Below, piece by piece: positions 1-10,266 of a stretch of 64,000 nucleotides of DNA; the first letter of the stretch is position 1, and the number at the start of each line of letters is the position of its first letter. Below the pieces are notes generated by a model. The model ran no database searches, was not told where the DNA came from, and saw nothing but the letters and a program-made list of their open reading frames with translations. Where the stretch lies: positions 2,464,001-2,528,000 of the forward strand of contig CAVUDP010000002.1 in assembly GCA_963740315.1 (NCBI GenBank). The letters run 5' to 3'. The translations under genes and the position numbers were made by a program. Source of the DNA: an uncultured cyanobacterium. GTDB lineage: Bacteria > Cyanobacteriota > Cyanobacteriia > Cyanobacteriales > Nostocaceae.

Positions 1-1
1 G

Positions 2-52
2 AGCGATGAGGAACTAGCCCAAGACAAAGAAGCCGAACAAATCAAGCTCTAG
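2..52 (+). CDS. Possible 3' end of a CDS running in from the left edge (SDEELAQDKEAEQIKL*)
   Basis: Open frame from the window edge to TAG at 50-52. Too short to identify. Confidence 0.4.
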   Translation, partial: SDEELAQDKEAEQIKL

Positions 53-163
53 ATTTTTACTAATATAAAACCTCATCCACCTACTGTACCTTCTCTTTAG
101 TCAGAGGGTTGGGGTGAGGTAAATCTAGTTATAAATAATACAAAATAAATAATACAAAAGATT

Positions 164-3100
164 ATGAATAACCCAAATAATTTCTTTTCATTTTCTCGTA
201 ATTTAGAAAGTCAACCCAACGCCGTTCAAGGTGTTTCAGTTGCAGAACCGGATTATTTTAATAGTTTACAAGATGCCTTCAAATGTTATTATGGCAGCCT
301 GCTATTACTCGGCGAACCGGGAATCGGTAAAAGTTTTTTATTAAAAGAATTTCAACAACAGTTGAAGCAGCAATATGATGATTCTTTAATCATATTTTTA
401 CAAATTTGGACTTGGAGTAATAAACAACTATCAATTCTTGATTGGGTAGCTGATCATACATCATATTCCCCAGAATTATTAAAGCAAAAAATTCAAGAGC
501 AACAAGTTATATTTGTATTTGATGGACTAGACGAGCTTGCTTATAATGTTCCTAAATTACCAGAAGATCCTAATTCAGATAAACTTGATTACCGTTTAGA
601 GTTTTTGCAAAAGCTATCTGAGTTTAACCAAGAATTTGAACAGATCAAAATACTTATTAGCTGTCGCAGTCAGGATTATCTCGATATAACAAGCAATAAT
701 AATATAAAAATCATACTCAACGGAGCAGTAAAACTTAAAGCTTTACAAAACCAAGATATTCAAGACTATATAAATCAAGCTTTCGAGTACGATCGTCAAA
801 TCAGTAAGCAACTTTGGAATCTGTTGAGGAGAAATAGGGGATTGCGGAAAATGGTTAGCAATCCGCTATTATTAAGTATTTTTGTAGAAACTTGCAAAAG
901 CACTCAAGATATTGATAAAGTTGCAGCGATCGGTAATATTGGTGAATTGTTTAATAGCTTTTTAGACAAGAGTTACGAGCTTTTGCAAAAACGGTATTGG
1001 GATCGTGGAGAAAATTTACCATTATCTTTAGATGAACTGAAGAACTTATTAGGACACGTTGCTGTAGCAATGATGGGGGATTTGTACCCCGATGACAATG
1101 AAATTTATGTGAATATTTTTGAGCTTGTTATTCAAAGACATTATCAAGCTGACGATCGAGAAAAGATAGAGGGACTAATTACCCTATCTCAACAGTTAAA
1201 CTTAATAGTTTCTGCCAATCAAAATCCAGTTACCTATAGTTTTAGACATTTAATCCTGCGAGATTATTTGGTATTAAATTTTCTCCAGAAAGAGATCGAT
1301 CGTCTGACAACGGGAACTAAAATCGAAGCAGCACGAGCTTTAGGTAAGATAAATAACCCCAAAGCAAGTGAATTACTAATTGCTTTATTGGAAGACAAAA
1401 CTAAGGATGCTAATGTTTGCTATGAAGCTGTTAATTCCATAGCAGAGTTAGATGACGGTGTTGATTTTCGTGGTTATATTCAAGACTTTCCCGAACATAT
1501 TATCAGTTCGCACCTGAGTGAATTTAGCTCGGAGAATATTAAAGAATATTTTAATAAGTTTGCCGAATACAGACCAATTACAGATGTCGATGCTAGGAAG
1601 TTTAAAGAACTAACATTTGGCAATCCTTTAGCAGTCAAAATGTTAGCAAATATGTGGCGCGATGGAGTTGCTAAAGACACAATATTTAATCATCCGGAAG
1701 CGCCAATTCTTACAAAAGGAAAAAAACGCTTAGTAGCACAACTCTTTCTCAATCAATGTTTAAACGAACAAGATAAACAGGCAGTTTATGCATTAGCAGT
1801 GATGCGCCGTCCCGAAAAAGAATTATTAAGAAGAGCGCTAAAAGCTGAAAATAATCCGGAATTACATTCCAGATTACAACAACTCCATCTTCGCTATTCA
1901 TTTGTTTTACCAGATGAATTTAAGTTGGATGAGCAGTATAAAGTATTTATTCAAGAGTATTTATTAGAACCAGAACAGCGTTTAACTCCTGAAGTATTAG
2001 AACTTAATAGACAAGCGAGAAACTATTTCCAACAACGTTTGGATAACTTAATTCAAGATAAAAGTATAAAGCAGCAATTAGAAACACCAGAAGTTACCGA
2101 AACCATCGGCAATTTAGTTCATCATTGGCAGTGGCGCGATGAAAACCAATATGATGAAAATTTCGTTTGGAACGATACTAAACTCACAGAATATCTGATA
2201 GCAGGATGGCAATATAATATAAACTGGGCGCGTAATCTTCTGCAAGATGCTACTGTTTTTACATCTACAAGAAAGTATAAGCAACGCTGGCAACTTTTCA
2301 AGCGCGGTTTGGCTTCAGAAGCTAGTATTGATGATAAGTCTTGTTTGTTGAAATACTTAGAAACAGAAGTTAACGCTCAAGAAATTTCGCCGGAAGCGAT
2401 CGCGATTGTTTTGCTTAAAAGCGGTGAGTTACTCTTGAGACAGCAGAGAGATAAAGAAGCTAATTATAAGTTAAACGAAGCACTTTTCCAAGCAGAAAGT
2501 ATCAACGCTCAAGATTTACTTCCACAGATACAAGATTTACTTCCAAAATTAGAACCAGAACCCCAACCGGATATTATTTCTAGTCACTCAGATTATATAA
2601 CTTCAATTAATTTGAGTTCGGATGGAACAAAAGCTTTATCTGGCAGCTTTGACAAAACGCTTAAAGTGTGGTCCGTTTCGACTCAAAATAGTTTACTTAA
2701 TTGTCTGCTTACTTTTGATGGGCATACAGGAGTTATTTATTCAGTTTATCTCAGCCAAGATGGTAAATTAGCTGTTTCTGGAAGCGCTGACAAAACTGTA
2801 AAACTCTGGGATATTCAAGCCGCGAAGTGTATTCAAACATTTGAGGGACATACCGATATAGTAAGTTCGGTTATTTTAAGTCACGATAATCGCTTCATTA
2901 TATCCGGTAGCTTCGATCGCACTTTAAAAATATGGGATGTTGAAACGGGAAAATGTCTCTCTACTTTAAACGAACATCAAGATGCAGTGCGGACGGTTGC
3001 TTTGAGTGCTGACGGCAGTTTAGCGCTATCCGGTAGCTTCGATCGCAGTTTGAAATTATGGGATATTAGTACGGGTAAATGCCTGCATACTTTCACAGAA

Positions 3101-3985
3101 CATACTGCCCAAATACGTTCGGTTTGTTTTAGCTCCGATGGTAAATTTGCTTTATCTGGTGCTTTTGATAGAACTTTAAAATATTGGGATATTAATACTC
3201 GTAAATTTTTGCGTGAATTTAAAGAAGATGCTGACGTATATTGTGTTTCTCTCTCCCACGATAACCGTTTTGCTGTATCGGGTAACGGCAATGCAATTCT
3301 GAAAGTTTGGGATATTAATACGGGTGAATGTTTAAAAGTATTTGCAGAACATACAGATGTTGTTTCTTCTGTAGCTTTAACTCAAGATAATAACTATGCT
3401 GTATCCGCAAGTGGCGATAAAACAATTAAACTTTGGAAATTAGATTTACCAGATATTACAGAAGTTAGTTATATAGAGCCAGATGAAAGTCCGAATCAAC
3501 CGACAAAAAATCCTTGGAAGTTAGTAGCGTTAATCCTATTAATTATTTTATCCTTGGGTTTTGTATCTTTGATATTTTTTCTTCATAATAATGGAAACTA
3601 TGGAGAAGGCAAAATTTCAAATCCTCCCGAAATAGAAAAAATTTGCGAACAAGGAAAGGAAATTTACGAAGATGGCATCATAAAATACCAAACCAGAAAG
3701 AATAATATTGGAAGTATTGATTCAGAAGCAAGGGAGATACTGAAACAAACTCTTGATGAGTTAACGAAAAACGATGATAAGTTAGAGAAAAATTATAAAA
3801 ATAACCAGCAACGAGATTGTTTAGTAGAATATTTAAGTTTTATAAGGTATAAATATGCTATTGAAGTATTAGCTTCTAGCGGTCAAAAACAAGAAGCTAT
3901 TGAATTACTCAATCAAGTTCCTGACAGCTATAGCCAAATTAAAGCAGTGCAACAAATACTAGAAAAATGGAATTCTCCAATCTAA
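164..3985 (+). CDS. NACHT/STAND NTPase with HEAT repeat, WD40 propeller, TM helix and C-terminal helical domain
   Basis: Walker A GEPGIGKS, Walker B FVFDGLDE, NPLLL, FRHLILRDY, AARALGKI HEAT repeat, about 7 GH..WD repeats, hydrophobic LVALILLIILSLGFVSLIFFL. Confidence 0.85.
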   Translation: MNNPNNFFSFSRNLESQPNAVQGVSVAEPDYFNSLQDAFKCYYGSLLLLGEPGIGKSFLLKEFQQQLKQQYDDSLIIFLQIWTWSNKQLSILDWVADHTSYSPELLKQKIQEQQVIFVFDGLDELAYNVPKLPEDPNSDKLDYRLEFLQKLSEFNQEFEQIKILISCRSQDYLDITSNNNIKIILNGAVKLKALQNQDIQDYINQAFEYDRQISKQLWNLLRRNRGLRKMVSNPLLLSIFVETCKSTQDIDKVAAIGNIGELFNSFLDKSYELLQKRYWDRGENLPLSLDELKNLLGHVAVAMMGDLYPDDNEIYVNIFELVIQRHYQADDREKIEGLITLSQQLNLIVSANQNPVTYSFRHLILRDYLVLNFLQKEIDRLTTGTKIEAARALGKINNPKASELLIALLEDKTKDANVCYEAVNSIAELDDGVDFRGYIQDFPEHIISSHLSEFSSENIKEYFNKFAEYRPITDVDARKFKELTFGNPLAVKMLANMWRDGVAKDTIFNHPEAPILTKGKKRLVAQLFLNQCLNEQDKQAVYALAVMRRPEKELLRRALKAENNPELHSRLQQLHLRYSFVLPDEFKLDEQYKVFIQEYLLEPEQRLTPEVLELNRQARNYFQQRLDNLIQDKSIKQQLETPEVTETIGNLVHHWQWRDENQYDENFVWNDTKLTEYLIAGWQYNINWARNLLQDATVFTSTRKYKQRWQLFKRGLASEASIDDKSCLLKYLETEVNAQEISPEAIAIVLLKSGELLLRQQRDKEANYKLNEALFQAESINAQDLLPQIQDLLPKLEPEPQPDIISSHSDYITSINLSSDGTKALSGSFDKTLKVWSVSTQNSLLNCLLTFDGHTGVIYSVYLSQDGKLAVSGSADKTVKLWDIQAAKCIQTFEGHTDIVSSVILSHDNRFIISGSFDRTLKIWDVETGKCLSTLNEHQDAVRTVALSADGSLALSGSFDRSLKLWDISTGKCLHTFTEHTAQIRSVCFSSDGKFALSGAFDRTLKYWDINTRKFLREFKEDADVYCVSLSHDNRFAVSGNGNAILKVWDINTGECLKVFAEHTDVVSSVALTQDNNYAVSASGDKTIKLWKLDLPDITEVSYIEPDESPNQPTKNPWKLVALILLIILSLGFVSLIFFLHNNGNYGEGKISNPPEIEKICEQGKEIYEDGIIKYQTRKNNIGSIDSEAREILKQTLDELTKNDDKLEKNYKNNQQRDCLVEYLSFIRYKYAIEVLASSGQKQEAIELLNQVPDSYSQIKAVQQILEKWNSPI

Positions 3986-5916
3986 TTAATTGCACCATAA
4001 TTAACTCTCAAAACCCTACCTGCATTCAAAATTGCCAGCAGCGCTACACCCACATCTGCAAATACGGCTAACCACAAGGTTGCAATACCAAAGATACCCA
4101 ACAGAATAAATAAGCCCTTAACTGCCATTGCTAAAATAATATTCTGCCAGACAATTTTGTGAGTCTTTTTACCAACTTCGATCGCTTCAGCAACTTTAGA
4201 AGGAGCATCCGTCATTAGCACTACATCGGCTGTCTCAATTGCTGCATCCGTTCCCAAGGCTCCCATTGCCATACCGACATCAGCCCTCGCAATTACGGGT
4301 GCATCGTTAATTCCGTCGCCGACAAATACAACTTTCTTGTTTTTACCAGATTGACGCAGGTACTTTTCGATCGCCTCCACTTTATCTTCGGGCAATAACT
4401 CTGCAAGGAAAGAATCTATTTTCAACTGCTGGGCAATATTTTGAGCAACGGCTTGATTATCTCCGGTGAGCATGACAATTTGCTTAACACCAGCGCTTTT
4501 CAACTTCCGCATCGCTTCAACTGCATCATCTTTGAGTTCATCGGCAATGATAATTCTTCCGGCGTAAACCCCATCTACTGCTAAATGAACTACCGTTCCC
4601 TCAACACATACATCATGTTCGATATTCTCTCGATTTAGCAAACGATCGTTACCTGCAATAATAATTTGATTCCCAACTCTGGCTTGAATACCATGCCCGG
4701 GAATTTCCCGATAATCTTTCACGTCTGTTGTATCAACTTCACCGTATGCTGATAAAATTGATTTTGCAACTGGATGGTTAGATTGTGATTCAACTTTTGC
4801 TGCCAGCGTTAATAATTCTGCTTCACTAAAGCCGTTTTTCGCAACTATTTTAGTAACGTTAAAAACCCCTTTAGTCAAAGTTCCAGTTTTATCAAATATA
4901 ACGGTTTCTACATTTGTCAGGGTATCGAGAAACGTCGAGCCTTTTACTAAAATACCTCTTTTCGCCGCACCACCAACACCACCGAAATAGCCCAAGGGAA
5001 TGCTAATTACCAATCCGCAAGGGCAAGAAATTACTAATAAAACTAAGGCGCGATAAACCCATTGTGCCGATGTTGCACCCGGTATAAATAATGGCGGTAA
5101 TATTGCCACAGCTAAAGATAGGAAGACGACAACAGGGGTGTAATATCTAGCAAAGCGGGTGATAAATTTTTCAGTTGCAGCTTTTTTACTGCTTGCGTTT
5201 TCTACTAAATGAAGAATTTTAGAAATTGAAGATTCTGCAAATAACTTGCTGACTCGAACCGTCAAAACTCCCGATTTATTGATCGTTCCCGCCAAAACAG
5301 TTTCTCCAACTTTAACCGTTCGCGGTACGGATTCTCCCGTCAATGCAGAAGTATCTATTTGAGAAGCGCCTTGGGTAATTTCACCATCTAAAGGAATTTT
5401 CTCACCCGGTTTAACGATAATTACATCCCCAACTTGGACGCTTTCGGGCGAAACCTGTTTAACCTTACCATTTACTTTCAGATTAGCTGAGTCTGGACGT
5501 ACTTCTAACAACGATTTTATCGAAGAGCGAGAGCGACTTACTGAAAAGCCCTGAAATAATTCCCCAACTTGGAAAAACAGCATCACCGCAACGGCTTCGG
5601 GAATTTGGTGAATGGCGATCGCTCCCAACGTAGCGATCGTCATCAGGAAGTTTTCATCAAATATTTTCCCCCGTAAAATATTACGTCCGGCTGTAGTCAA
5701 AACGCTCCAACCACTTACCAGATAAGCCGGAATGAAAACTAAATACTCACCGATAGAAAAAGGGGTATTGTGTAAAGGTTGATAAAAAATTAAACCTACA
5801 ACAAACAAAACCATCGACACCGCAACAGGTATAATTTCTTGCTTCAGACTGAATTCACCATGACTATGCCCCGAATGTTCGCTATCTGAAGCACAACAAC
5901 CAGAATGTGATGCCAT
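3982..5916 (-). CDS. ziaA: Zn/Cd-translocating P1B-type ATPase (ZiaA/CadA-like)
   Basis: TGES, SCPC, DKTGTLT, HP and GDGINDAP motifs; His/Cys-rich N-terminus; adjacent SmtB-family repressor. Confidence 0.9.
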   Translation of the reverse strand: MASHSGCCASDSEHSGHSHGEFSLKQEIIPVAVSMVLFVVGLIFYQPLHNTPFSIGEYLVFIPAYLVSGWSVLTTAGRNILRGKIFDENFLMTIATLGAIAIHQIPEAVAVMLFFQVGELFQGFSVSRSRSSIKSLLEVRPDSANLKVNGKVKQVSPESVQVGDVIIVKPGEKIPLDGEITQGASQIDTSALTGESVPRTVKVGETVLAGTINKSGVLTVRVSKLFAESSISKILHLVENASSKKAATEKFITRFARYYTPVVVFLSLAVAILPPLFIPGATSAQWVYRALVLLVISCPCGLVISIPLGYFGGVGGAAKRGILVKGSTFLDTLTNVETVIFDKTGTLTKGVFNVTKIVAKNGFSEAELLTLAAKVESQSNHPVAKSILSAYGEVDTTDVKDYREIPGHGIQARVGNQIIIAGNDRLLNRENIEHDVCVEGTVVHLAVDGVYAGRIIIADELKDDAVEAMRKLKSAGVKQIVMLTGDNQAVAQNIAQQLKIDSFLAELLPEDKVEAIEKYLRQSGKNKKVVFVGDGINDAPVIARADVGMAMGALGTDAAIETADVVLMTDAPSKVAEAIEVGKKTHKIVWQNIILAMAVKGLFILLGIFGIATLWLAVFADVGVALLAILNAGRVLRVNYGAIN

Positions 5917-5950
5917 TATTTAATACCTCAATATGATATATGAATCTTTC

Positions 5951-5976
5951 TACAACTGAACAACTATTCATATATT
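5951..5976. promoter_or_regulatory. SmtB/ZiaR-type 12-2-12 operator upstream of the ATPase
   Basis: TACAACTGAACA-AC-TATTCATATATT, core TGAA-N6-TTCA at 5957-5970, about 35 nt upstream of the ATPase start. Confidence 0.75.
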
Positions 5977-6017
5977 ATCTAAAATTGGGTTATCTACACA
6001 AGATTTAACGATTAATT

Positions 6018-6410
6018 TTAAATATCTGGTTCATCGGTGTGGTTTGCCATTTCACGGTAGATGTTGGTAACATGGCTATCTTTCAAGCTGTAATAGACAT
6101 TGCGTCCTTCACGACGATATTTGACCAAACGCATAGTACGCAGAATTCGGAGTTGATGGGAAACTGCTGATTCACTCATTTTGACAGATGCAGCTAAATC
6201 GCAAACGCACAATTCCTGTTTCGTTAAAGCAGAGAGGAGACGCAAGCGGTGTGGATCTGCGAGAGTTCCAAATAGATCCGCCATCTGTTGCGCTTTCTCT
6301 ACGGATATAATTTCTGGCTGCACCTCGCGAACATTACTTAGATGAACTTCACTAGAGTCGCAGCTAGGTGAATCAAGATATGATAGTTTGGCTTTAGTTG
6401 GTTTGCTCAT
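6018..6410 (-). CDS. ziaR: ArsR/SmtB family metal-sensing repressor (ZiaR/SmtB/AztR-like)
   Basis: ELCVCDLA, SESAVSHQLRILR, alpha5 site DSHV..H. Confidence 0.85.
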   Translation of the reverse strand: MSKPTKAKLSYLDSPSCDSSEVHLSNVREVQPEIISVEKAQQMADLFGTLADPHRLRLLSALTKQELCVCDLAASVKMSESAVSHQLRILRTMRLVKYRREGRNVYYSLKDSHVTNIYREMANHTDEPDI

Positions 6411-6481
6411 AGGATTTATATCTACAACGAATAAAGCTTATTTCTTTTCGTTGTATTTGTGTGGGCTTTGAGAAGAAATAA

Positions 6482-6496
6482 TGATATTGATTATCA
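6482..6496. promoter_or_regulatory. Zur/Fur-type 7-1-7 box
   Basis: TGATATT-G-ATTATCA, one mismatch to TGATAATNATTATCA. Confidence 0.65.
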
Positions 6497-6509
6497 TTGT
6501 AGCTAAGTT

Positions 6510-6523
6510 TGAACAAACGTTCA
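6510..6523. promoter_or_regulatory. Second SmtB-type core operator (likely autoregulation)
   Basis: TGAAC-AAAC-GTTCA upstream of the repressor gene. Confidence 0.6.
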
Positions 6524-6568
6524 TCTATTTGAATTCAAAATAATAAATCCCTTACCACCATAGCTGTA

Positions 6569-6583
6569 TGATAACGATTATCA
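6569..6583. promoter_or_regulatory. Zur/Fur-type 7-1-7 box
   Basis: TGATAAC-G-ATTATCA, one mismatch to consensus. Confidence 0.65.
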
Positions 6584-6801
6584 TTCTAAATAAATGTGAT
6601 GTTTAGATTATCTCTGAATGCGATCGGTTTGCAACAGCGATGCAGCGATCGCATCTAGTCGATCGGCAATTCCCAATTGTTCAAAATCCGATCCAAAGAC
6701 TATCATAGGCAGGTTTTCTAGAATGGCAAATACTATCCGCTGAAGGTAAGACTGCCATTAACTTAGCCGTTCGCTTGAAACGTTTAATTTTAATTTGGAA
6801 G

Positions 6802-7380
6802 CTAAGTTACGTCTCTACATCTTGTCGCTGACGAAATATTCCTCAGAAGGTTTATTCCTGTAATCAACATAATAATTAATCCCAAACCTACGAATAAAAC
6901 ATAAATTGGTTTAAAGAAATTTCCTAGATAACTTCCTTGATGAATTCTCAGAAAAATTGCTGCATTCTGCGGGGACATTCCAAACCAGCTTTTTCCTAAT
7001 CGATAAATTACACCCGTTACCGCACTTGCACTCAAAGGTAAAAATACAATGGGTGCGAATATACGGTGAACTTTACGGAGATTAAGTTTTCCTCTTAGTG
7101 AAGAACGATTATTACCAGATATTCCAGTCATGCTTAAACCAGTAACAATCATCCCTAATAGTCCTAACCCAACTAAAAGCACGTAAACTGGTACGAGTGG
7201 AGTTCCAAGATATTCTCCTTGATGAATCACCATGAAGATATTTCCTACCTTGTTTGACATTCCAAACCAGCTTTTTCCCAGTCGGTAAATTATTCCCGTC
7301 AAAGCACTAATTAACAAAGGTAGGAAGATAATTAAAGCAGTTTTACGGTGGAGTTTGCGGAAGAATCCAGATGCAGCCAT
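6802..7380 (-). CDS. PepSY-associated TM-domain protein with an internal duplication
   Basis: Two copies of RKxHR..FLPL..TG.IYRLGKSWFGMS..IHQG.YLG..YVL.VGLGL..TG. Confidence 0.7.
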   Translation of the reverse strand: MAASGFFRKLHRKTALIIFLPLLISALTGIIYRLGKSWFGMSNKVGNIFMVIHQGEYLGTPLVPVYVLLVGLGLLGMIVTGLSMTGISGNNRSSLRGKLNLRKVHRIFAPIVFLPLSASAVTGVIYRLGKSWFGMSPQNAAIFLRIHQGSYLGNFFKPIYVLFVGLGLIIMLITGINLLRNISSATRCRDVT

Positions 7381-7649
7381 GATTACTCCAAATTGAATAA
7401 ATTTTCAGCAAAGAAAACATTGATTTCTTCTTCAACCAGTCCATATAGCTTTAGTCTAAAAATACCCTCTTAATCATTAAGTTTTACAAATCCAGATAAT
7501 TAGTTTTGGACCATCCAATTTAAGTTTATTTGAGAAACGGATTTTGCAATACCTCCCCATTCTTCTAGGTTGAATTCTCCCCAAATATCCGATGTTGTAT
7601 GCGAAAACAAAAAGGCAAAATACAAACATCGTTACTATTCTTTGTTTTT

Positions 7650-8555
7650 ATGTCCACCAAAGCGTTACAAGCTTTATCAAACAATATTGCCGAAATCGTT
7701 GCTTCTTCAGGTAAAGCGATTGTTTCAGTCAATGCTAACAGACGCTTTACCCCCAGCGGTATTCACTGGCGTAATGGTATCATTGTGACTTCTGATGAAT
7801 CTCTCAAACGTTACGAAGACATTACCGTGACTCTCGCAAATGGTGCTAAAGAGCCAGTTTCGCTTATAGGACGCGACCCTACTACCGATGTCGCAGTTTT
7901 CAAACTAGAAAAAGCCGATATTCCCGTTGCAACCATAGGAGATGCTGCGATCGAAGTTGGTAATTTGGTTTTAGCATTAGCAAGGAGTAGCGATGGTGAT
8001 ATCCGCGCTGCAATGGGTGTGTTGAGCGTTGTTGGCGATCGGTGGCAAAGTATGAGTGGTGGAAACATCGATCGCCTCATCCGTCCGGATATCATGCTTT
8101 ACCCAGGATTTAACGGTGGTGCTTTAGTAGATACGGACGGAAATATTGTCGGAATGAACACATCCGGAAGACGGGGTACCGCTTTAACTATTCCTGCTTC
8201 TACAATTGATAGAGTTGTCGAACAATTAGTTAGCAAAGGAAGAATTCCACGGGGTTATTTAGGTTTGGGAATGCAGCCAGTCAAATTACCGGAGAGCTTA
8301 AAAAAATCCCTGAATTTAAATAAGAGTGGTGGTGTAATTGTTGTTAACGTTGAAGCTTCGAGTGCTGCCGAGGATGCAGGAATCTTATTAGGAGATATAT
8401 TAATCGGTTTTGATGATAAAGATTTAGCTGATACTAATGATATCCTGTCATTGCTTAACGATAGTTCCCGTGTAGGTAAAAGCGTAAAAATGCAACTCGT
8501 GCGCGGTGGTAAGTTAAATGAATTGGATCTAACTGTAGGCGAACGAACTATTTAG
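7650..8555 (+). CDS. S1C/HtrA-like trypsin-PDZ protein with degenerate catalytic triad
   Basis: GRDPTTDVAV, YPGFNGGAL, RGYLGL PDZ entry. Start taken at MSTK (7650); the ORF track starts at 7599. Confidence 0.8.
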   Translation: MSTKALQALSNNIAEIVASSGKAIVSVNANRRFTPSGIHWRNGIIVTSDESLKRYEDITVTLANGAKEPVSLIGRDPTTDVAVFKLEKADIPVATIGDAAIEVGNLVLALARSSDGDIRAAMGVLSVVGDRWQSMSGGNIDRLIRPDIMLYPGFNGGALVDTDGNIVGMNTSGRRGTALTIPASTIDRVVEQLVSKGRIPRGYLGLGMQPVKLPESLKKSLNLNKSGGVIVVNVEASSAAEDAGILLGDILIGFDDKDLADTNDILSLLNDSSRVGKSVKMQLVRGGKLNELDLTVGERTI

Positions 8556-8684
8556 AGTTGTATATTTCGCAATGGCTTTAGTTGTAACACATCACTATTC
8601 AATGGTGCGTTACAACTATATCTTTTTTTCTTAAATAAATTGCGGGACTAACGCACCCTGTTAAAATTCAGAATTTAAAATTTA

Positions 8685-9314
8685 ATGTCGGACATAATTC
8701 GAGTCATGGTAGTTGCAGCTTCCCCAGTCATGAGAATAGGGTTGTCAGCAATGCTAGACGATAACCCAAAATTGATTGTGACAACTGCGTCTCTATTTGA
8801 TTCCCTTACCGAAGAGGAAATGCAGCTACCACCTGACGTGCTGTTACTCGATTGGAGCGATCGCGAATCCTTAACGTTAATTGAACAGTCAAATGCGGCA
8901 ACTATTATTTTGATCTCGGAACTCGAAGATATCAACTTAGGAACGGTTTTAGCTGCCCGAGTCAAAGGAGTGTTACCGCAAACCGTTGAAGAATCGGAAA
9001 TTATTGCAGCCATTGTTGCGGTAGCTGCGGGGTTGGTGGTGCTGCATCCAGGAGTTATTGATAATTTGCCCCCGATTAAAGCGAATTCCTACCAACAAAC
9101 CGATATTAATTTAATCCAAACATTAACACCACGAGAAATTGAAGTTTTACAAATGTTGACGGATGGATTGAGTAATAAAGTAATAGCGCAGCAGATGCAT
9201 ATTTCCGAGCATACCGTTAAATTTCATATTTCATCTATTTTTCAAAAACTTGATGTTTCGACACGTACCGAAGCTGTAACGGTAGGGATAAGGTTGGGTT
9301 TAATTATGTTGTAA
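8685..9314 (+). CDS. NarL/LuxR-family response regulator with atypical receiver
   Basis: LTPREIEVL..GLSNKVIA..ISEHTVKFHISSIFQKLDV HTH; PDVLLLD. Confidence 0.85.
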   Translation: MSDIIRVMVVAASPVMRIGLSAMLDDNPKLIVTTASLFDSLTEEEMQLPPDVLLLDWSDRESLTLIEQSNAATIILISELEDINLGTVLAARVKGVLPQTVEESEIIAAIVAVAAGLVVLHPGVIDNLPPIKANSYQQTDINLIQTLTPREIEVLQMLTDGLSNKVIAQQMHISEHTVKFHISSIFQKLDVSTRTEAVTVGIRLGLIML

Positions 9315-9450
9315 ATTGCGGTGATTGTGGAATCTGTTTATTTAATGGCACGGGCTTCACAAATCTCTACACAACCACGCACTAGGTGAGAAATGTAATG
9401 ATAAACTCGGGAGTTTACTAGAGAGTCAAGCTGATAATAGTAAAAACTGT

Positions 9451-10239
9451 TTATCTAGCTTCTTGCATTTGAACAACCGCAGCAGGTTCAATTTCTCTAA
9501 CCTTTGCAGACTCAACTTCTCCGGTAGCAGCAGAGTAAATTAACATTCCTCCCATAATTGCCATAATCGCATTTTCGGTAAAGCTAACAACTCCTAAAGG
9601 TGCTTTGGAATTACCCCCAACACAAGCACAGTTGAGCGCTAGTTTATCAATATATACCGCTTTAAATACAGAAATACCGCCGCTAAGACCAATAAATAAA
9701 GAAGTTATTCCCGTTAATAATGGTGCAATTCCCGAAAGAAAACCCAAACCGATCGCTAACTCTGCGAAAGGATATACTTTGGCATAGGGTTTAATTCTTT
9801 TAGTTATCAAATCATACTTCTCGAAACTCTCAGCAAAAGATTCGATATCCATCAGCTTTAAAGTAGCTAGCAAGGAGAGGGAGAAACCCATAAAGCCGGT
9901 TAACCCCATAGTTGTTGCTAAAGTCATCAATCCTGCGCTGGAAAATATGGCAATAACCGGAGTGTAGGAATATTCTGCACCTTCTGCTTCAACATCTAGC
10001 TTTTGTGCTAAATCGGTATAGCCGCCAATTCTTTCGTCACCAGAGAAAATCTGTGGTGTAGTTTCAACGTGATGTTTGGCTTTGAATTCATCTACTTCTT
10101 CACGAGATGTAAGCTTGTTATCTTCAAAGTCAATTCCTTTTTCATTGAGTAAATTGACTGTTTTTAATCCCCAAGGACATTCATGCTCTGGGGTAGACAT
10201 CCGATATACTCTTACTTTTTCTAAGGTTGTGCTATTCAT
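9451..10239 (-). CDS. Glutaredoxin-MauE/DoxX family membrane protein
   Basis: HECPWG, TTPQIF..IGGYTDL glutaredoxin domain; LNCACVGG MauE motif. Confidence 0.8.
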   Translation of the reverse strand: MNSTTLEKVRVYRMSTPEHECPWGLKTVNLLNEKGIDFEDNKLTSREEVDEFKAKHHVETTPQIFSGDERIGGYTDLAQKLDVEAEGAEYSYTPVIAIFSSAGLMTLATTMGLTGFMGFSLSLLATLKLMDIESFAESFEKYDLITKRIKPYAKVYPFAELAIGLGFLSGIAPLLTGITSLFIGLSGGISVFKAVYIDKLALNCACVGGNSKAPLGVVSFTENAIMAIMGGMLIYSAATGEVESAKVREIEPAAVVQMQEAR

Positions 10240-10266
10240 ATTCTTAATTCGAGCAACTATACATCA

